From Lachnospira sp. (GTDB taxonomy: Bacteria > Bacillota > Clostridia > Lachnospirales > Lachnospiraceae), in the NCBI GenBank assembly GCA_050874785.1, contig JBNMLJ010000002.1:37278-101277 (forward strand): a stretch of 64,000 nucleotides of DNA. The letters are read 5' to 3'. The notes below the pieces were generated by a model, which did not search any database, was not told the DNA's origin, and saw only the letters and a program-made list of their open reading frames with translations. The position numbers and the translations under genes were made by a program. This document shows positions 50,316 to 60,929 of this stretch, piece after piece. The stretch's first letter is position 1. Each line of letters begins with the position of its first letter.

Positions 50316-53300
50316 ATGAGAGAGTATATTAACAGACTTTCAAGAGGAAAGTTCAGATATGACATTCCAGATATAATACAACCTGATGATGTTATTATAG
50401 AAGAGGTTATCTGTGACACAATACATAATGCAGAATTTCATATACAGGCTGGGGATGTAATTAAGGGGGTAGTATACTCTGACAATGCCAAGGTGACAGT
50501 GCTTACACCGTCATTTGCAGGAAAAGACAGTGATATTAAGTATGTTATAGATGCAAGGGGACTTTCAGAGGGGGACAGCATAGAAGGAGAGTTTACGCTT
50601 GTTACTAATGCAGGAGAGAAAGAAGTATTATACAGCTTTACAGCAGTTAAAGAAACAGTAGATACAAGCCTTGGAAAGGCGGATAACCTGTTCCATTTTA
50701 CTAATCTTGTACAGGTTAATAAAGAAGAAGCAGTAAGCTTATACAGGTCCGATAAATTCAAAAAGATATTCTTACAGGGTGATGATGTATTAAATAATCT
50801 CTATGATGTCCTGTATGACAGGGAAAATGTATACGAGTCAATGGAGGAGTTCTTAATAGCAATTAAGAAAAAGCCGGCTCTTACTTTCAGCGTTGATAAT
50901 AATATAAGAGATTATAATATAGATGGTGCTAACGAAAAGGACAGCATAATTATAGAAAAGAACGGCTGGGGCTATATAAAGCTTGATGTAGCGTGTGAAG
51001 CACCATTTATTAAGATGAAAAGAGGAATAATAACCTCTGATGATTTCATAGGCGATGTATACGAGCTGGACTATATAATAGATGATAAGCTTCTTCACGC
51101 AGGCAATAATTATGCGTATATTATAATAAGCTCTTACAGTCATCAGGAAGTAATAGAGATTACAATAAATGGAAAAGAGATTGTTAATGACAGTGGCTTT
51201 GATGAACACAGAGAGATAAGAACTGCGAAGAGCAGGCTTACAGCAGAATATCTCCAGTTCAGAATGAAACGCATAACCAAGCAGGAATGGGTTATTAACA
51301 CTAATAAAATTCTAGACAGAGTCCGTGGTTTGAAAAAATCGGACATAATATTTGATGTGATACAGGCTGGTGTTAATTTCATATCAGGTGATGATTATAA
51401 CGGAAGCAGAATTCTTGAGAACATTAAGGACAAGGTATTAAGCGATGTTGATAATCATATTGAGTTATACAGTCTTTACCTTTATGTAAGCACTCTTGAA
51501 AGAAAAGATGCAGGATATACATCAGATGTGGCACAGATAGTTACTGAGTGTTATGAACACGGGTATGACAGCTGGGTGCTTTTGTGGATATTATTCTATA
51601 TAGACGGACAGTCTGAGAATAATAAGAGTATTAAGCTTATAAGAATAAAGGATTGCTTTAATGATGGCTGTATAAGTCCGGTTATGTATTTAGAGGCACT
51701 TAATATATATAATGCACAGCCAGAACTTTTAAGGGTGTTTAACAGATTTGAAGTTCAGGTGATAGCATTTGGCATTAAGTACAATATGATTACAGAGAAG
51801 CTTGCAAAGCAGGCGGCGGCTGTAATTGCCAATGAAAGAATTACTAATAAAGATAATATAGAGATATTAAAAAGACTTTATACAATATATGAAGAAGATG
51901 ACATATTAGAAGTATTAATATCCCATATGGTAAGGGAAGGAATAGCTGGTGAGGAAGCATTTCCATTTTATGAGAAAGCGGTTCTTAGAGGCATAAGAAT
52001 AACGAGATTGTATGAGTTCTATATGGCAAGCATAAAGAAAGATATAAAGGTGAGAATTCCAAGAATTGTCCTTTTGTATTTTACATATGACTCAGGCGTT
52101 AATTATGAATGGAAGTCCTTCTTATATGCCAATGTTGTCTATAATAAGGCGTTTTATAAGGATATATATGAGTCGTATGAGCAGATGATAGAGCTGTATC
52201 TTTATGAGCAGTTAAAGGATGGCTGTATTAATAATGATCTTATGTATCTTTACAGACAGTTCTTAAAGCCACAGCTTATCAATAATGAAACGGCAGAATA
52301 TGCGGTTAAGTTAAGATTTATGTACCGTGTAACTGCTGATTGCAGTAAAGTAAAAGCTGTTATAGTAAAATGCGGCTATATGAAAGAACCTGCAATATAT
52401 GAGATGACAGGCAATGATATATATATTCCGCTTTATACCTCTAACTGTTCTATGGCATTTATCTGCACAGACGGAGTTATAAGAAGAAACACGGTCAATT
52501 ATGAGATAGAAAAGGTATTAGAAGAACCTCTGGATATAACATTATTAGATGAGTATGACATTAAAGAACCATATATAGCTTTATTCAGGGCAGAATATTG
52601 CAGAAAGAAGCATATATATAATGCTGATACACCAGCTATATATAAGAAGGCGGCGCTGGTGGAAGGTGTTACATACGAATACAGACAGCTTATTAATTCG
52701 TGGCTTATTGAATATTATAAAGAATATTATGATGGTGAAACCTTTAATGATGAGTACAGTGACCTTATTAAAGAGGGGCTTGATATTAATACAGCGCAGG
52801 GACTTATTGAAATACTTTTAGAATACGGAATGTATTATGAGGCAAGGGAGCTTATGGAACGCTACGGCTATACAATAGTTCCAGCAGGCAAGATATTTAA
52901 GTTTATAGTGCACGAGCTTACTGCTTCGGTTAATAAAGAAAGCTATAAAGACATATTGTGTGAATATGTGTTCAGGAATCATCTGTATAATGAGCTGGTG
53001 CTTGAATATATGGTTGATAATTATAATGGTTCAGACAAGGATATGTACAGGCTGTGGAAGAGCGCATCTGATTTTGGCGTAAATGTTAAAAATCTTTCAG
53101 AGAGGGTTATCTCCCAGTATATGTTTACGCAGGATAAAGATTATTATGATAAGCTTACACAGGTATTTACCGATTATTATAATAAAGGTGCATCACAGCT
53201 GATAGCCAAAGCATATATAGCTTATAATTCATTTTTATATTTTATTAAAGGCAAAAATGTAAGTGACATAACATTTACTGTTGTAAAGGAATGTTACAAA

Positions 53301-53873
53301 GATAAGATTGGTGTTCCTGTAATATGCCTTGCCGCGTGGCTTAAAAAGGTATCAGAGAATATAAAAGAATTGAATAAACCGGACATTAAAGACGTGGCAC
53401 AGAACATTCTTGATGAATTATGTGCCAAAGAGATAATCTATGATTATTATAAACGCTTTAATAGTGTCCTTAATATACCTTATAATGCGTGCGGCGTTAC
53501 AGTACTTGAGTATTATGGCAATCCTGACAATAAAGTTGTTATTAATTATAAGGTCAATGATGCTAAGGAATATACAAGTGCAGTTATGAAATGTGATAAC
53601 TGTGGAGTATTTACACACAAACTTTCATTGTTCTATAACGACAAGGTTATATATAATTATACGATTGGAACAGACTCTAATACGAAGGAATATAACATAT
53701 TGTACGATAATCTTAATGATGGTGATAATAAGGGAAGATTTGATGCAATTAATGAATGTCTTGCAAGCGAGGAGCTAAGGGATATGGTTACATTAAAGAA
53801 GCTTATGGAAAGCTATGCAGTAGAAGATTATGTGACAAAGCAGTTATTTGTACCAGAGAATATGAGGCAGTAA
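50316..53873 (+). CDS. 1185-aa protein of unknown function (beta-rich N- and C-terminal modules, long helical-repeat centre)
   Basis: Long uninterrupted ORF starting 6 nt after rarA. I see no Walker, metalloprotease or nuclease motif. The N-terminal ~290 aa and C-terminal ~120 aa look beta-rich; residues ~300-1050 look like alpha-helical repeats. Confidence 0.7.
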   Translation: MREYINRLSRGKFRYDIPDIIQPDDVIIEEVICDTIHNAEFHIQAGDVIKGVVYSDNAKVTVLTPSFAGKDSDIKYVIDARGLSEGDSIEGEFTLVTNAGEKEVLYSFTAVKETVDTSLGKADNLFHFTNLVQVNKEEAVSLYRSDKFKKIFLQGDDVLNNLYDVLYDRENVYESMEEFLIAIKKKPALTFSVDNNIRDYNIDGANEKDSIIIEKNGWGYIKLDVACEAPFIKMKRGIITSDDFIGDVYELDYIIDDKLLHAGNNYAYIIISSYSHQEVIEITINGKEIVNDSGFDEHREIRTAKSRLTAEYLQFRMKRITKQEWVINTNKILDRVRGLKKSDIIFDVIQAGVNFISGDDYNGSRILENIKDKVLSDVDNHIELYSLYLYVSTLERKDAGYTSDVAQIVTECYEHGYDSWVLLWILFYIDGQSENNKSIKLIRIKDCFNDGCISPVMYLEALNIYNAQPELLRVFNRFEVQVIAFGIKYNMITEKLAKQAAAVIANERITNKDNIEILKRLYTIYEEDDILEVLISHMVREGIAGEEAFPFYEKAVLRGIRITRLYEFYMASIKKDIKVRIPRIVLLYFTYDSGVNYEWKSFLYANVVYNKAFYKDIYESYEQMIELYLYEQLKDGCINNDLMYLYRQFLKPQLINNETAEYAVKLRFMYRVTADCSKVKAVIVKCGYMKEPAIYEMTGNDIYIPLYTSNCSMAFICTDGVIRRNTVNYEIEKVLEEPLDITLLDEYDIKEPYIALFRAEYCRKKHIYNADTPAIYKKAALVEGVTYEYRQLINSWLIEYYKEYYDGETFNDEYSDLIKEGLDINTAQGLIEILLEYGMYYEARELMERYGYTIVPAGKIFKFIVHELTASVNKESYKDILCEYVFRNHLYNELVLEYMVDNYNGSDKDMYRLWKSASDFGVNVKNLSERVISQYMFTQDKDYYDKLTQVFTDYYNKGASQLIAKAYIAYNSFLYFIKGKNVSDITFTVVKECYKDKIGVPVICLAAWLKKVSENIKELNKPDIKDVAQNILDELCAKEIIYDYYKRFNSVLNIPYNACGVTVLEYYGNPDNKVVINYKVNDAKEYTSAVMKCDNCGVFTHKLSLFYNDKVIYNYTIGTDSNTKEYNILYDNLNDGDNKGRFDAINECLASEELRDMVTLKKLMESYAVEDYVTKQLFVPENMRQ

Positions 53874-53904
53874 GACTAAATTCCTGCTAAGAATGGAGAT
53901 AGTT

Positions 53905-54969
53905 ATGAACGATACAGATTTGATAATAGGAGCGGAGCTGCTTGAGGATAATATACAGATGTGTGTGTATGACAGTGAGTTAAAAGCACCAGTGGCAGCA
54001 GATACCGAAAAAGACAAAACTTTATCTGAGAATATAAAAGCTGTTATGACTAAAAGAAATGCCAGCAGTGTAGCTTCTATATGTGTTGTTGTTCCTGATT
54101 TTACCAAAGATACGCTGGAGGTTGTAAAGGAGGAGCTGTACAATGCAGGTATTGCAAAAGAGCAGTACCAGATAATAAGCAGAATAGAAAGCTTTGCATA
54201 TTATGCGTACAGCCAGAAGAAGGAGCTTTATCAGAATGGTACAGTGCTTATGGATTACAATGCTTCGGGAATTGATATATACAGATTGTACTGCAATAAG
54301 ATTGGTGATATGCAGTACATATTACAGGAGCATACAGTAAGCCAGCCAGAGGGAAGCACAATAGAAAATGCTTCACATTCAGTTACACTGTATATGACAG
54401 AATATTTTAAGAAGCACAGGGCTTCAAGTGTATATCTTACAGGTATGGGATTTGATGTGGACAGGCTTCCAGATGAATTCACTAAAGTATTAGTTACAGG
54501 AAGAAAAGCATTTGTTGGACAGAACTTATATGTAAGAGGTGCGTGCTTTGCGGCGCTGGAGTATATATACCCACAGGTGTTTGGCAATGTGTGTCTTCTT
54601 ACAGATGGCAGGATAAAGGCTGATGTTGAAACGGATATATCAGAACACGGACGTCCTATGAAGTTCAGGATTGTCAAAATGGGAACTAACTGGTATATGG
54701 CAGAAAGAACAATGGATTTTATTATTGAAGATGTGTCAGTTATCAATTTCCAGATTGTATGGCCAGACGGAAAGTACATAGAAAAGCAGGTTGATATAAG
54801 CTCTATTCCTTACAGGGAAGGAAAGACAACAAGAATATCAATGAATGTGAAGGCTTCTTCACAGGATAAATGTGTTGTCACAATAAAAGACCTTGGTTTT
54901 GGTGAGATATATCAGGCATCGGATAGTGTTATAGTTGAAGAACTGGATTTAAGTGAGGCAGATGTATGA
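53905..54969 (+). CDS. Degenerate Hsp70/actin-fold protein
   Basis: Colinear with this window's DnaK but with eroded motifs: IIGAELLEDN vs [33 protein letters not shown] vs [36 protein letters not shown] vs [25 protein letters not shown] vs [12 protein letters not shown]. The ATG at 53905 follows GGAGA; an alternative ATG lies at 53893. Confidence 0.65.
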   Translation: MNDTDLIIGAELLEDNIQMCVYDSELKAPVAADTEKDKTLSENIKAVMTKRNASSVASICVVVPDFTKDTLEVVKEELYNAGIAKEQYQIISRIESFAYYAYSQKKELYQNGTVLMDYNASGIDIYRLYCNKIGDMQYILQEHTVSQPEGSTIENASHSVTLYMTEYFKKHRASSVYLTGMGFDVDRLPDEFTKVLVTGRKAFVGQNLYVRGACFAALEYIYPQVFGNVCLLTDGRIKADVETDISEHGRPMKFRIVKMGTNWYMAERTMDFIIEDVSVINFQIVWPDGKYIEKQVDISSIPYREGKTTRISMNVKASSQDKCVVTIKDLGFGEIYQASDSVIVEELDLSEADV

Positions 54970-55787
54970 GTGCAATGATTTTGTGCAGGGGGAAGGTCGC
55001 AGACAATCCTTTATATATAAGGCAGTCAGGTATCAGATTGTATACAGAAGAAGAACTGTGTTATTATATTTATAATAATGTATATATACTTACTAATGAT
55101 TTTATCAATGATGAGCTTATATCATTTCTCAGGGATGAAGTGGGGAATACAGCACTCGCCCAGAGATTAACCACAATGAAAAGCAATAATGAGCTGTTGG
55201 CAAGTATGCTTGTCACAATACTTAAATCAGTTGATTATTATTCTTTAGAGCAGATTGAAAAGATAAGCGAGATACTTAATACGCTTGATAATCAGAATGC
55301 TTATGAAAGACTTGGATTAAGAGGGGACAGTTTTCTATCTAATGAATGCTTCTATAAGGCGGTTGACTGTTATAAGCAGATTATAGATGAATACAGTAAT
55401 GCTGCCCCTGCGGCATTCCTAGCTGGCGTGTATCACAATATGGGTGTTGCACTTGCAAGAATGTTCTTATATAATGAGGCTTCATACAGCTTTATGAAAG
55501 CATATGAGATAGGACAGCATAAGAATTCATACCAGTGTTATCTTGCGGCAAAGTGGTTTATGGATAAAGACGGAAGTGTCATTAATGAAGATGTGCCAGA
55601 GGAGGAGTATATCGTAAGAAGAAAGATAGAACAGCTTATGGATAATTCTGCTTATCAGGACGAGATTAGAAAACTTAATGACACAGAGAAGTATAAAAGT
55701 GCAGGAGATGTGGCAGGGTATCATAAGGTGTTAGATGATATTCTTACCAATTGGAAACAGGATTATTATAAATATACTGCGAGGTGA
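54966..55787 (+). CDS. TPR-like helical-repeat protein
   Basis: Its start overlaps the upstream stop (ATGA). Residues ~110-190 read like TPR units (AYERLGLRGDSF...CFYKAVDCYKQII...GVYHNMGVALARMFLYNEASYSFMKAYEI). Confidence 0.6.
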   Translation: MSAMILCRGKVADNPLYIRQSGIRLYTEEELCYYIYNNVYILTNDFINDELISFLRDEVGNTALAQRLTTMKSNNELLASMLVTILKSVDYYSLEQIEKISEILNTLDNQNAYERLGLRGDSFLSNECFYKAVDCYKQIIDEYSNAAPAAFLAGVYHNMGVALARMFLYNEASYSFMKAYEIGQHKNSYQCYLAAKWFMDKDGSVINEDVPEEEYIVRRKIEQLMDNSAYQDEIRKLNDTEKYKSAGDVAGYHKVLDDILTNWKQDYYKYTAR

Positions 55788-57286
55788 TAAAACAAGTGGG
55801 ATTATTCAAATTCTTAAAAAATAATTATGATAGTGATGAGGATTTAAAAGACCTCGAAGAACTTGTGTATGAAGATGAGAATGGATTTAAGAACAAACGC
55901 TCAATTAATGATATGATACACAGCTATCAGGTTGGTTCGGATACTGGCAGTAAGCATAATGATGATCTGGAAGAAGAATTATACAAGACGGCTGTCAGTG
56001 ATACATCAGTTAATGAATCCAAAGGGCTGACAGAAAAGACTAAGAAACAGCAGGCAGATGCGTTAAAGGAAGAAGAAAAATATGACCACCTGCTTAACAG
56101 CATACAGGCGCAGACACTTATAAGAACGGTTGATAAGGTTAATCTTGGCGGAACAGTTAATAATGATACTCAGGATAATCTTGAAGAGGTTGACACGGCA
56201 GGATTTTCGGGTTCAGAGGTTGGAAGCTTTGTTAAAAGCCAGTGTGATATTATGGAGGAAGCCTCAAGATATATAGAGAATGCCAAGGTCGAATATGACA
56301 GTGTAACTGATTATTATGAGGATATCCAGAAAATCGAGAATGCACCAGAGGACATAAAGCTTAAGCTTATGTATGCGGCAGACCGTGTTGATAATCTGTC
56401 GGTTGACAGGCGCATTTTCAAATCACCAGAGAATAAGCTTTCCAACAAAGTGTACCGTATGATGGAATCTTATGAGGAAGATTTTCCAGAGGCACTTGTA
56501 AAGCTGAGACGTGATGAAGAAGATTATAATACAGTATTAAAAAATGTAAGAATGATTAAGGGTGAGAGGTCAATGTACCGCATAGAGGCAAAAGACCTTG
56601 TAAAAAAGCAGCTTAGAATTAAGAAATATTCTGTACTTGCACTGGCACTGCTTGTAGGTGTATTTGTTATATTTCTGCTTATATCAGCAGCTTCTCCGGA
56701 TAATGAACATATAGGAACATTCATAACAGTTGTAATACTTGCACTTACTCTTTCGCTGGGGCTGTTTGCTTATCTTAAGTCAACGGAACGAAACGTATAT
56801 GTTACAGAGGTGAAGCTTAATAAAGCAACGGCACTTCTTAATAAGTACAAGATAAAGTATGTAAATGCGGTAAATGTGCTTGAATATGAATACAGCAAAT
56901 ATGCGGTAAAGAGTGCATTTGAGCTTGAGCAGAAGTTTCAGGCATATGTTGAGATGAAAGACGAACAGCGTAAAATACTTGAGATAACAAGTAATCTTAA
57001 CGAGGCAGAAGCAGAGCTTACAGATGTATTAAGACAGCTTGGCGTAATTGATACACATATATGGATAGGACAGGTTAAGGCGATACTTAATCCTAAAGAG
57101 ATGGTAGAGGTAAGACATAATCTTTCCATAAGACGCCAGAAGCTAAGAGAACAGATAGAATATAATGAATCAAGAATAGAAGATGCAAGAAATAATATTA
57201 AAAATGTGACTAAAAAGAATAAGGCACATGCTAAGGAAGCTATGCAGGTGCTTGAGATTTATGAGAAAAGACATAAGAATAATTAA
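55784..57286 (+). CDS. Membrane protein with a central TM hairpin flanked by acidic and coiled-coil regions
   Basis: The GTG start overlaps the upstream stop (GTGA). Two hydrophobic segments (VLALALLVGVFVIFLLISAA, IGTFITVVILALTLSLGLFAYL) fall at about 56630-56790. The C-terminal ~150 aa is heptad-like. Confidence 0.6.
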   Translation: MIKQVGLFKFLKNNYDSDEDLKDLEELVYEDENGFKNKRSINDMIHSYQVGSDTGSKHNDDLEEELYKTAVSDTSVNESKGLTEKTKKQQADALKEEEKYDHLLNSIQAQTLIRTVDKVNLGGTVNNDTQDNLEEVDTAGFSGSEVGSFVKSQCDIMEEASRYIENAKVEYDSVTDYYEDIQKIENAPEDIKLKLMYAADRVDNLSVDRRIFKSPENKLSNKVYRMMESYEEDFPEALVKLRRDEEDYNTVLKNVRMIKGERSMYRIEAKDLVKKQLRIKKYSVLALALLVGVFVIFLLISAASPDNEHIGTFITVVILALTLSLGLFAYLKSTERNVYVTEVKLNKATALLNKYKIKYVNAVNVLEYEYSKYAVKSAFELEQKFQAYVEMKDEQRKILEITSNLNEAEAELTDVLRQLGVIDTHIWIGQVKAILNPKEMVEVRHNLSIRRQKLREQIEYNESRIEDARNNIKNVTKKNKAHAKEAMQVLEIYEKRHKNN

Positions 57287-57382
57287 AATAATACTTGCGA
57301 AATATGAGCATTGTGTTACAATTGAGAGTGGTTTTTTGCGAAATGATTAACAATGTGTAAATAGCGCAAGAAGGAGGATAAG

Positions 57383-58402
57383 ATGAAAGAAAGACTTGAT
57401 GCAATCAAAGAAAATGCGTTGTCACAGATAAAGGCAACAGATTCTCTTGATAAGTTAAATGATATTAGAGTTGCTTTTCTTGGTAAAAAAGGCGAGCTGA
57501 CAGAAGTTTTAAAGGGTATGAAGGAGGTAGCTCCTGAGGACAGACCTAAGGTAGGACAGATTGTCAACGAAACAAGACAGGCAATTGAAGAAGTATTAGA
57601 GGCTGCCAAGAAAGACCTTGCTGCTAAGAAGAGAGAGCTTCAGATGAAGGCAGAGGTAATTGATGTAACACTTCCAGCCAAGAAAGCTGAACTTGGACAT
57701 AAACATCCTAATATGCTTGCGCGTGAAGAAATAGAAAAGATATTTATCGGAATGGGATACGAAGTTGTAGAAGGTCCAGAAGTAGAATATGATTACTACA
57801 ACTTTGAGGCACTTAATATTCCAGCTAACCATCCAGCAAAAGATGAACAGGATACATTCTATATCAATGATAAGGTCGTTCTTAGAACACAGACATCACC
57901 TGTTCAGGCAAGAGTTATGGAAAAAGGCAAGCTCCCAATAAGAATGATTTCACCTGGACGTGTATACAGAGCTGATGAGGTTGATGCAACACATTCACCT
58001 TGCTTCCATCAGGTTGAAGGTCTTGTAATTGACGAGAATATAACATTTGCTGACCTTAAGGGAACACTTGCAGAGTTCGCTAAGGAGTTATTCGGTGAAG
58101 ATACTAAGGTTAAGTTCAGGCCACATCATTTCCCATTCACAGAGCCTAGTGCCGAGATGGATGTAAGCTGCTTTAAATGTGGAGGCAAGGGCTGCCGTTT
58201 CTGTAAGGGCGAGGGCTGGATTGAAATCCTTGGCTGCGGAATGGTTCACCCACACGTATTTGAAATGTGTGGAATTGATAAAGATAAGTATACAGGTTTT
58301 GCGTTTGGTGTAGGTCTTGAAAGAGTTGCCCTTCTTAAATACGAAATCGATGATATGAGATTGTTATACGAGAATGATACAAGATTCTTAAAGCAGTTCT
58401 AA
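57383..58402 (+). CDS. pheS: Phenylalanine--tRNA ligase alpha subunit
   Basis: [15 protein letters not shown]-like region, [14 protein letters not shown] and [11 protein letters not shown]. Confidence 0.97.
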   Translation: MKERLDAIKENALSQIKATDSLDKLNDIRVAFLGKKGELTEVLKGMKEVAPEDRPKVGQIVNETRQAIEEVLEAAKKDLAAKKRELQMKAEVIDVTLPAKKAELGHKHPNMLAREEIEKIFIGMGYEVVEGPEVEYDYYNFEALNIPANHPAKDEQDTFYINDKVVLRTQTSPVQARVMEKGKLPIRMISPGRVYRADEVDATHSPCFHQVEGLVIDENITFADLKGTLAEFAKELFGEDTKVKFRPHHFPFTEPSAEMDVSCFKCGGKGCRFCKGEGWIEILGCGMVHPHVFEMCGIDKDKYTGFAFGVGLERVALLKYEIDDMRLLYENDTRFLKQF

Positions 58403-58425
58403 TTAATAATAAGTGGAGGATAAGT

Positions 58426-60852
58426 ATGGATACATCTATTAAATGGATAAAGGACCTTGTTCCAGGTTTAGAGTGTACAAATCAGGAATTCAGAGATGCT
58501 ATGACTCTTTCAGGTACTAAGGTAGAATGTTTTAATGAGCTTGATAAAAATCTGGATAAAATTGTTGTAGGACAGATTGTTTCAGTAGAAAGACATCCAG
58601 ATGCAGACAAGCTTGTAGTGTGTCAGGTAAATGTAGGAAATGAAACTGTTCAGATAGTTACAGGTGCTCCTAATATTGAACCGGGAACAAGCGGACAGAA
58701 AGTACCAGTTGTTCTTGACGGCGGACGTGTAGCTGGCGGACACGATGGAAGCCCACATCCAGAAGATGGAATTAAGATTAAAAAAGGTAAGTTAAGAGGC
58801 GTTGAGTCTTATGGAATGATGTGTTCAATTGAAGAACTTGGTTCATCAAGAGAATTCTATCCAGATGCAGCAGAAAATGGTATCTATATATTTGGTGATG
58901 ATGCCAAAGTAGGAGAGAGTGCTGTAGAATATCTTGGACTTGACGATACAGTATTTGAATATGAGATTACTAACAACCGTGTAGACTGCTATAGTATTCT
59001 TGGTATCGCAAGAGAGGCAGCAGCTACATTCAGAAAGCCATTCAATCCACCAGTTGTCAATGCTACAGGCAACAGCGAAGATGTTAATGACTATATTAAG
59101 GTTGAAGTAGAAGCTAAGCAGCTTTGCAAGAGATATACAGCAAGAGTTGTTAAGAATATAAAGCTTGCTCCATCACCAAAGTGGATGCAGCACAGACTTA
59201 TGACAGCAGGTATCAGACCTATCAATAATATAGTAGATATCACTAACTATGTTATGACAGAATATGGCCAGCCAATGCACGCTTATGATTATGATACAAT
59301 TGCTGGTAAGAAGATTATTGTAAGAACTGCTGCTGAGAATGAGAAGTTCGTTACACTTGATGGACAGGAAAGAACACTTGATTCAGAAGCACTTCTTATA
59401 TGCGATGGAGAAAAGGCTATTGGTCTTGCTGGTATTATGGGTGGAGAGAACTCAATGATAACAGATGATGTTAAGACAATGCTTTTTGAAGCCGCAACAT
59501 TTGACGGAACTAATATAAGAAAGTCAACTAAGAAGATTGGTTTAAGAACAGATGCTTCTGGTAAGTTTGAGAAGGGCTTAGATCCAGAACTTGCACTTGA
59601 AGCTATGAACAGAGCCTGCGACCTTATAGAACAGTTAGGTGCAGGTGAAGTAGTTGGCGGTGTTGTTGATATATATGATGAGCCAGTATCTAAGAAGAGA
59701 ATATCATTTGAACCAGATAAGTATAATGCACTTCTTGGAACAAATGTATCAAAGGAAGATATGCTTTCATATTTCAAGAGACTTGAAGTAGAATATGATG
59801 AAGCTTCTAATGAGCTTATTATTCCTACATTCAGACAGGATCTTAACAGGGATGCAGATATTGCAGAGGAAGTAGCAAGATTTTTCGGATATGATAATAT
59901 TCCTACAACACTTCCAAAGGGTTCTACAACAATGGGTAAGATACCATTTGAAAGAAGCATTGAAGATGTAGCAGGTGAAGTTGCACAGTTCTGCGGCTTT
60001 TCACAGGCTATGACATATTCATTTGAAAGCCCTAAGGTATTTGATAAGCTTAAGCTTGCGGCTGACTCAGAATACAGAAAGACAGTAGTTATCTCTAATC
60101 CATTAGGAGAAGATTTCTCAATAATGAGAACGCTTCCTGTTAATGGTATGCTTACATCATTATCAACTAACTATAACAGACGTAATAAGAATGTTAAGTT
60201 ATATGAGCTTGCAAAGGTATATCTTGCAGCAGATGATGTTAACGAGCTTCCAGATGAGAGAGTTATGTTTACACTTGGAGCATTTGGAGATGTTGATTTC
60301 TTCCAGATGAAGGGTGTAGTTGAAGAATTCCTTGAAAGAATTGGAATGAGAGTTAAACCAGAATACAATCCAGAGGCAGGAATTACATTCCTTCATCCAG
60401 GACGTCAGGCAGAGATTATCTATGACGGAACAAAGATTGGTTATATGGGTGAATTACATCCAGATGTAGCTGATACTTATTCATTAGGCGAAAGAACATA
60501 TATTGTTGTTATTGACCTTTCAATTGTAACTAAGATGGCAAGCTTTGACAGAAAGTTTGAGGGTATTGCCAAGTTCCCAGCAGTTACAAGAGATATAAGT
60601 ATGGTTATGCCTAAGTCAGTTCTTGTAGGAAAGATTGAGAAGATAATCGAGAAGCGCGGCGGCAGCATACTTGAAAGTTACAAGTTATTTGATATATATG
60701 AAGGTGCTCAGATTAAAGAGGGCTACAAGTCAGTAGCATATTCAATATCTTTCAGAGCTAAGGACAGAACACTTGAGGATAAGGATATTACACCAGTAAT
60801 GGAGAAGATATACAAAGACTTAAGCGATAATGGAATTGAACTTCGTATGTAG
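58426..60852 (+). CDS. pheT: Phenylalanine--tRNA ligase beta subunit
   Basis: N-terminal tRNA-binding OB domain (VERHPDADKL), B3/4 and B5 domains, and a C-terminal FDX-ACB domain. It directly follows pheS. Confidence 0.97.
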   Translation: MDTSIKWIKDLVPGLECTNQEFRDAMTLSGTKVECFNELDKNLDKIVVGQIVSVERHPDADKLVVCQVNVGNETVQIVTGAPNIEPGTSGQKVPVVLDGGRVAGGHDGSPHPEDGIKIKKGKLRGVESYGMMCSIEELGSSREFYPDAAENGIYIFGDDAKVGESAVEYLGLDDTVFEYEITNNRVDCYSILGIAREAAATFRKPFNPPVVNATGNSEDVNDYIKVEVEAKQLCKRYTARVVKNIKLAPSPKWMQHRLMTAGIRPINNIVDITNYVMTEYGQPMHAYDYDTIAGKKIIVRTAAENEKFVTLDGQERTLDSEALLICDGEKAIGLAGIMGGENSMITDDVKTMLFEAATFDGTNIRKSTKKIGLRTDASGKFEKGLDPELALEAMNRACDLIEQLGAGEVVGGVVDIYDEPVSKKRISFEPDKYNALLGTNVSKEDMLSYFKRLEVEYDEASNELIIPTFRQDLNRDADIAEEVARFFGYDNIPTTLPKGSTTMGKIPFERSIEDVAGEVAQFCGFSQAMTYSFESPKVFDKLKLAADSEYRKTVVISNPLGEDFSIMRTLPVNGMLTSLSTNYNRRNKNVKLYELAKVYLAADDVNELPDERVMFTLGAFGDVDFFQMKGVVEEFLERIGMRVKPEYNPEAGITFLHPGRQAEIIYDGTKIGYMGELHPDVADTYSLGERTYIVVIDLSIVTKMASFDRKFEGIAKFPAVTRDISMVMPKSVLVGKIEKIIEKRGGSILESYKLFDIYEGAQIKEGYKSVAYSISFRAKDRTLEDKDITPVMEKIYKDLSDNGIELRM

Positions 60853-60929
60853 TGAGCGTAAGCGCAAATTCGTGAGTATAGTGTGTATATTCGAGAATAT
60901 AGAGTGCACAATCTGAATAGAGGATTATT

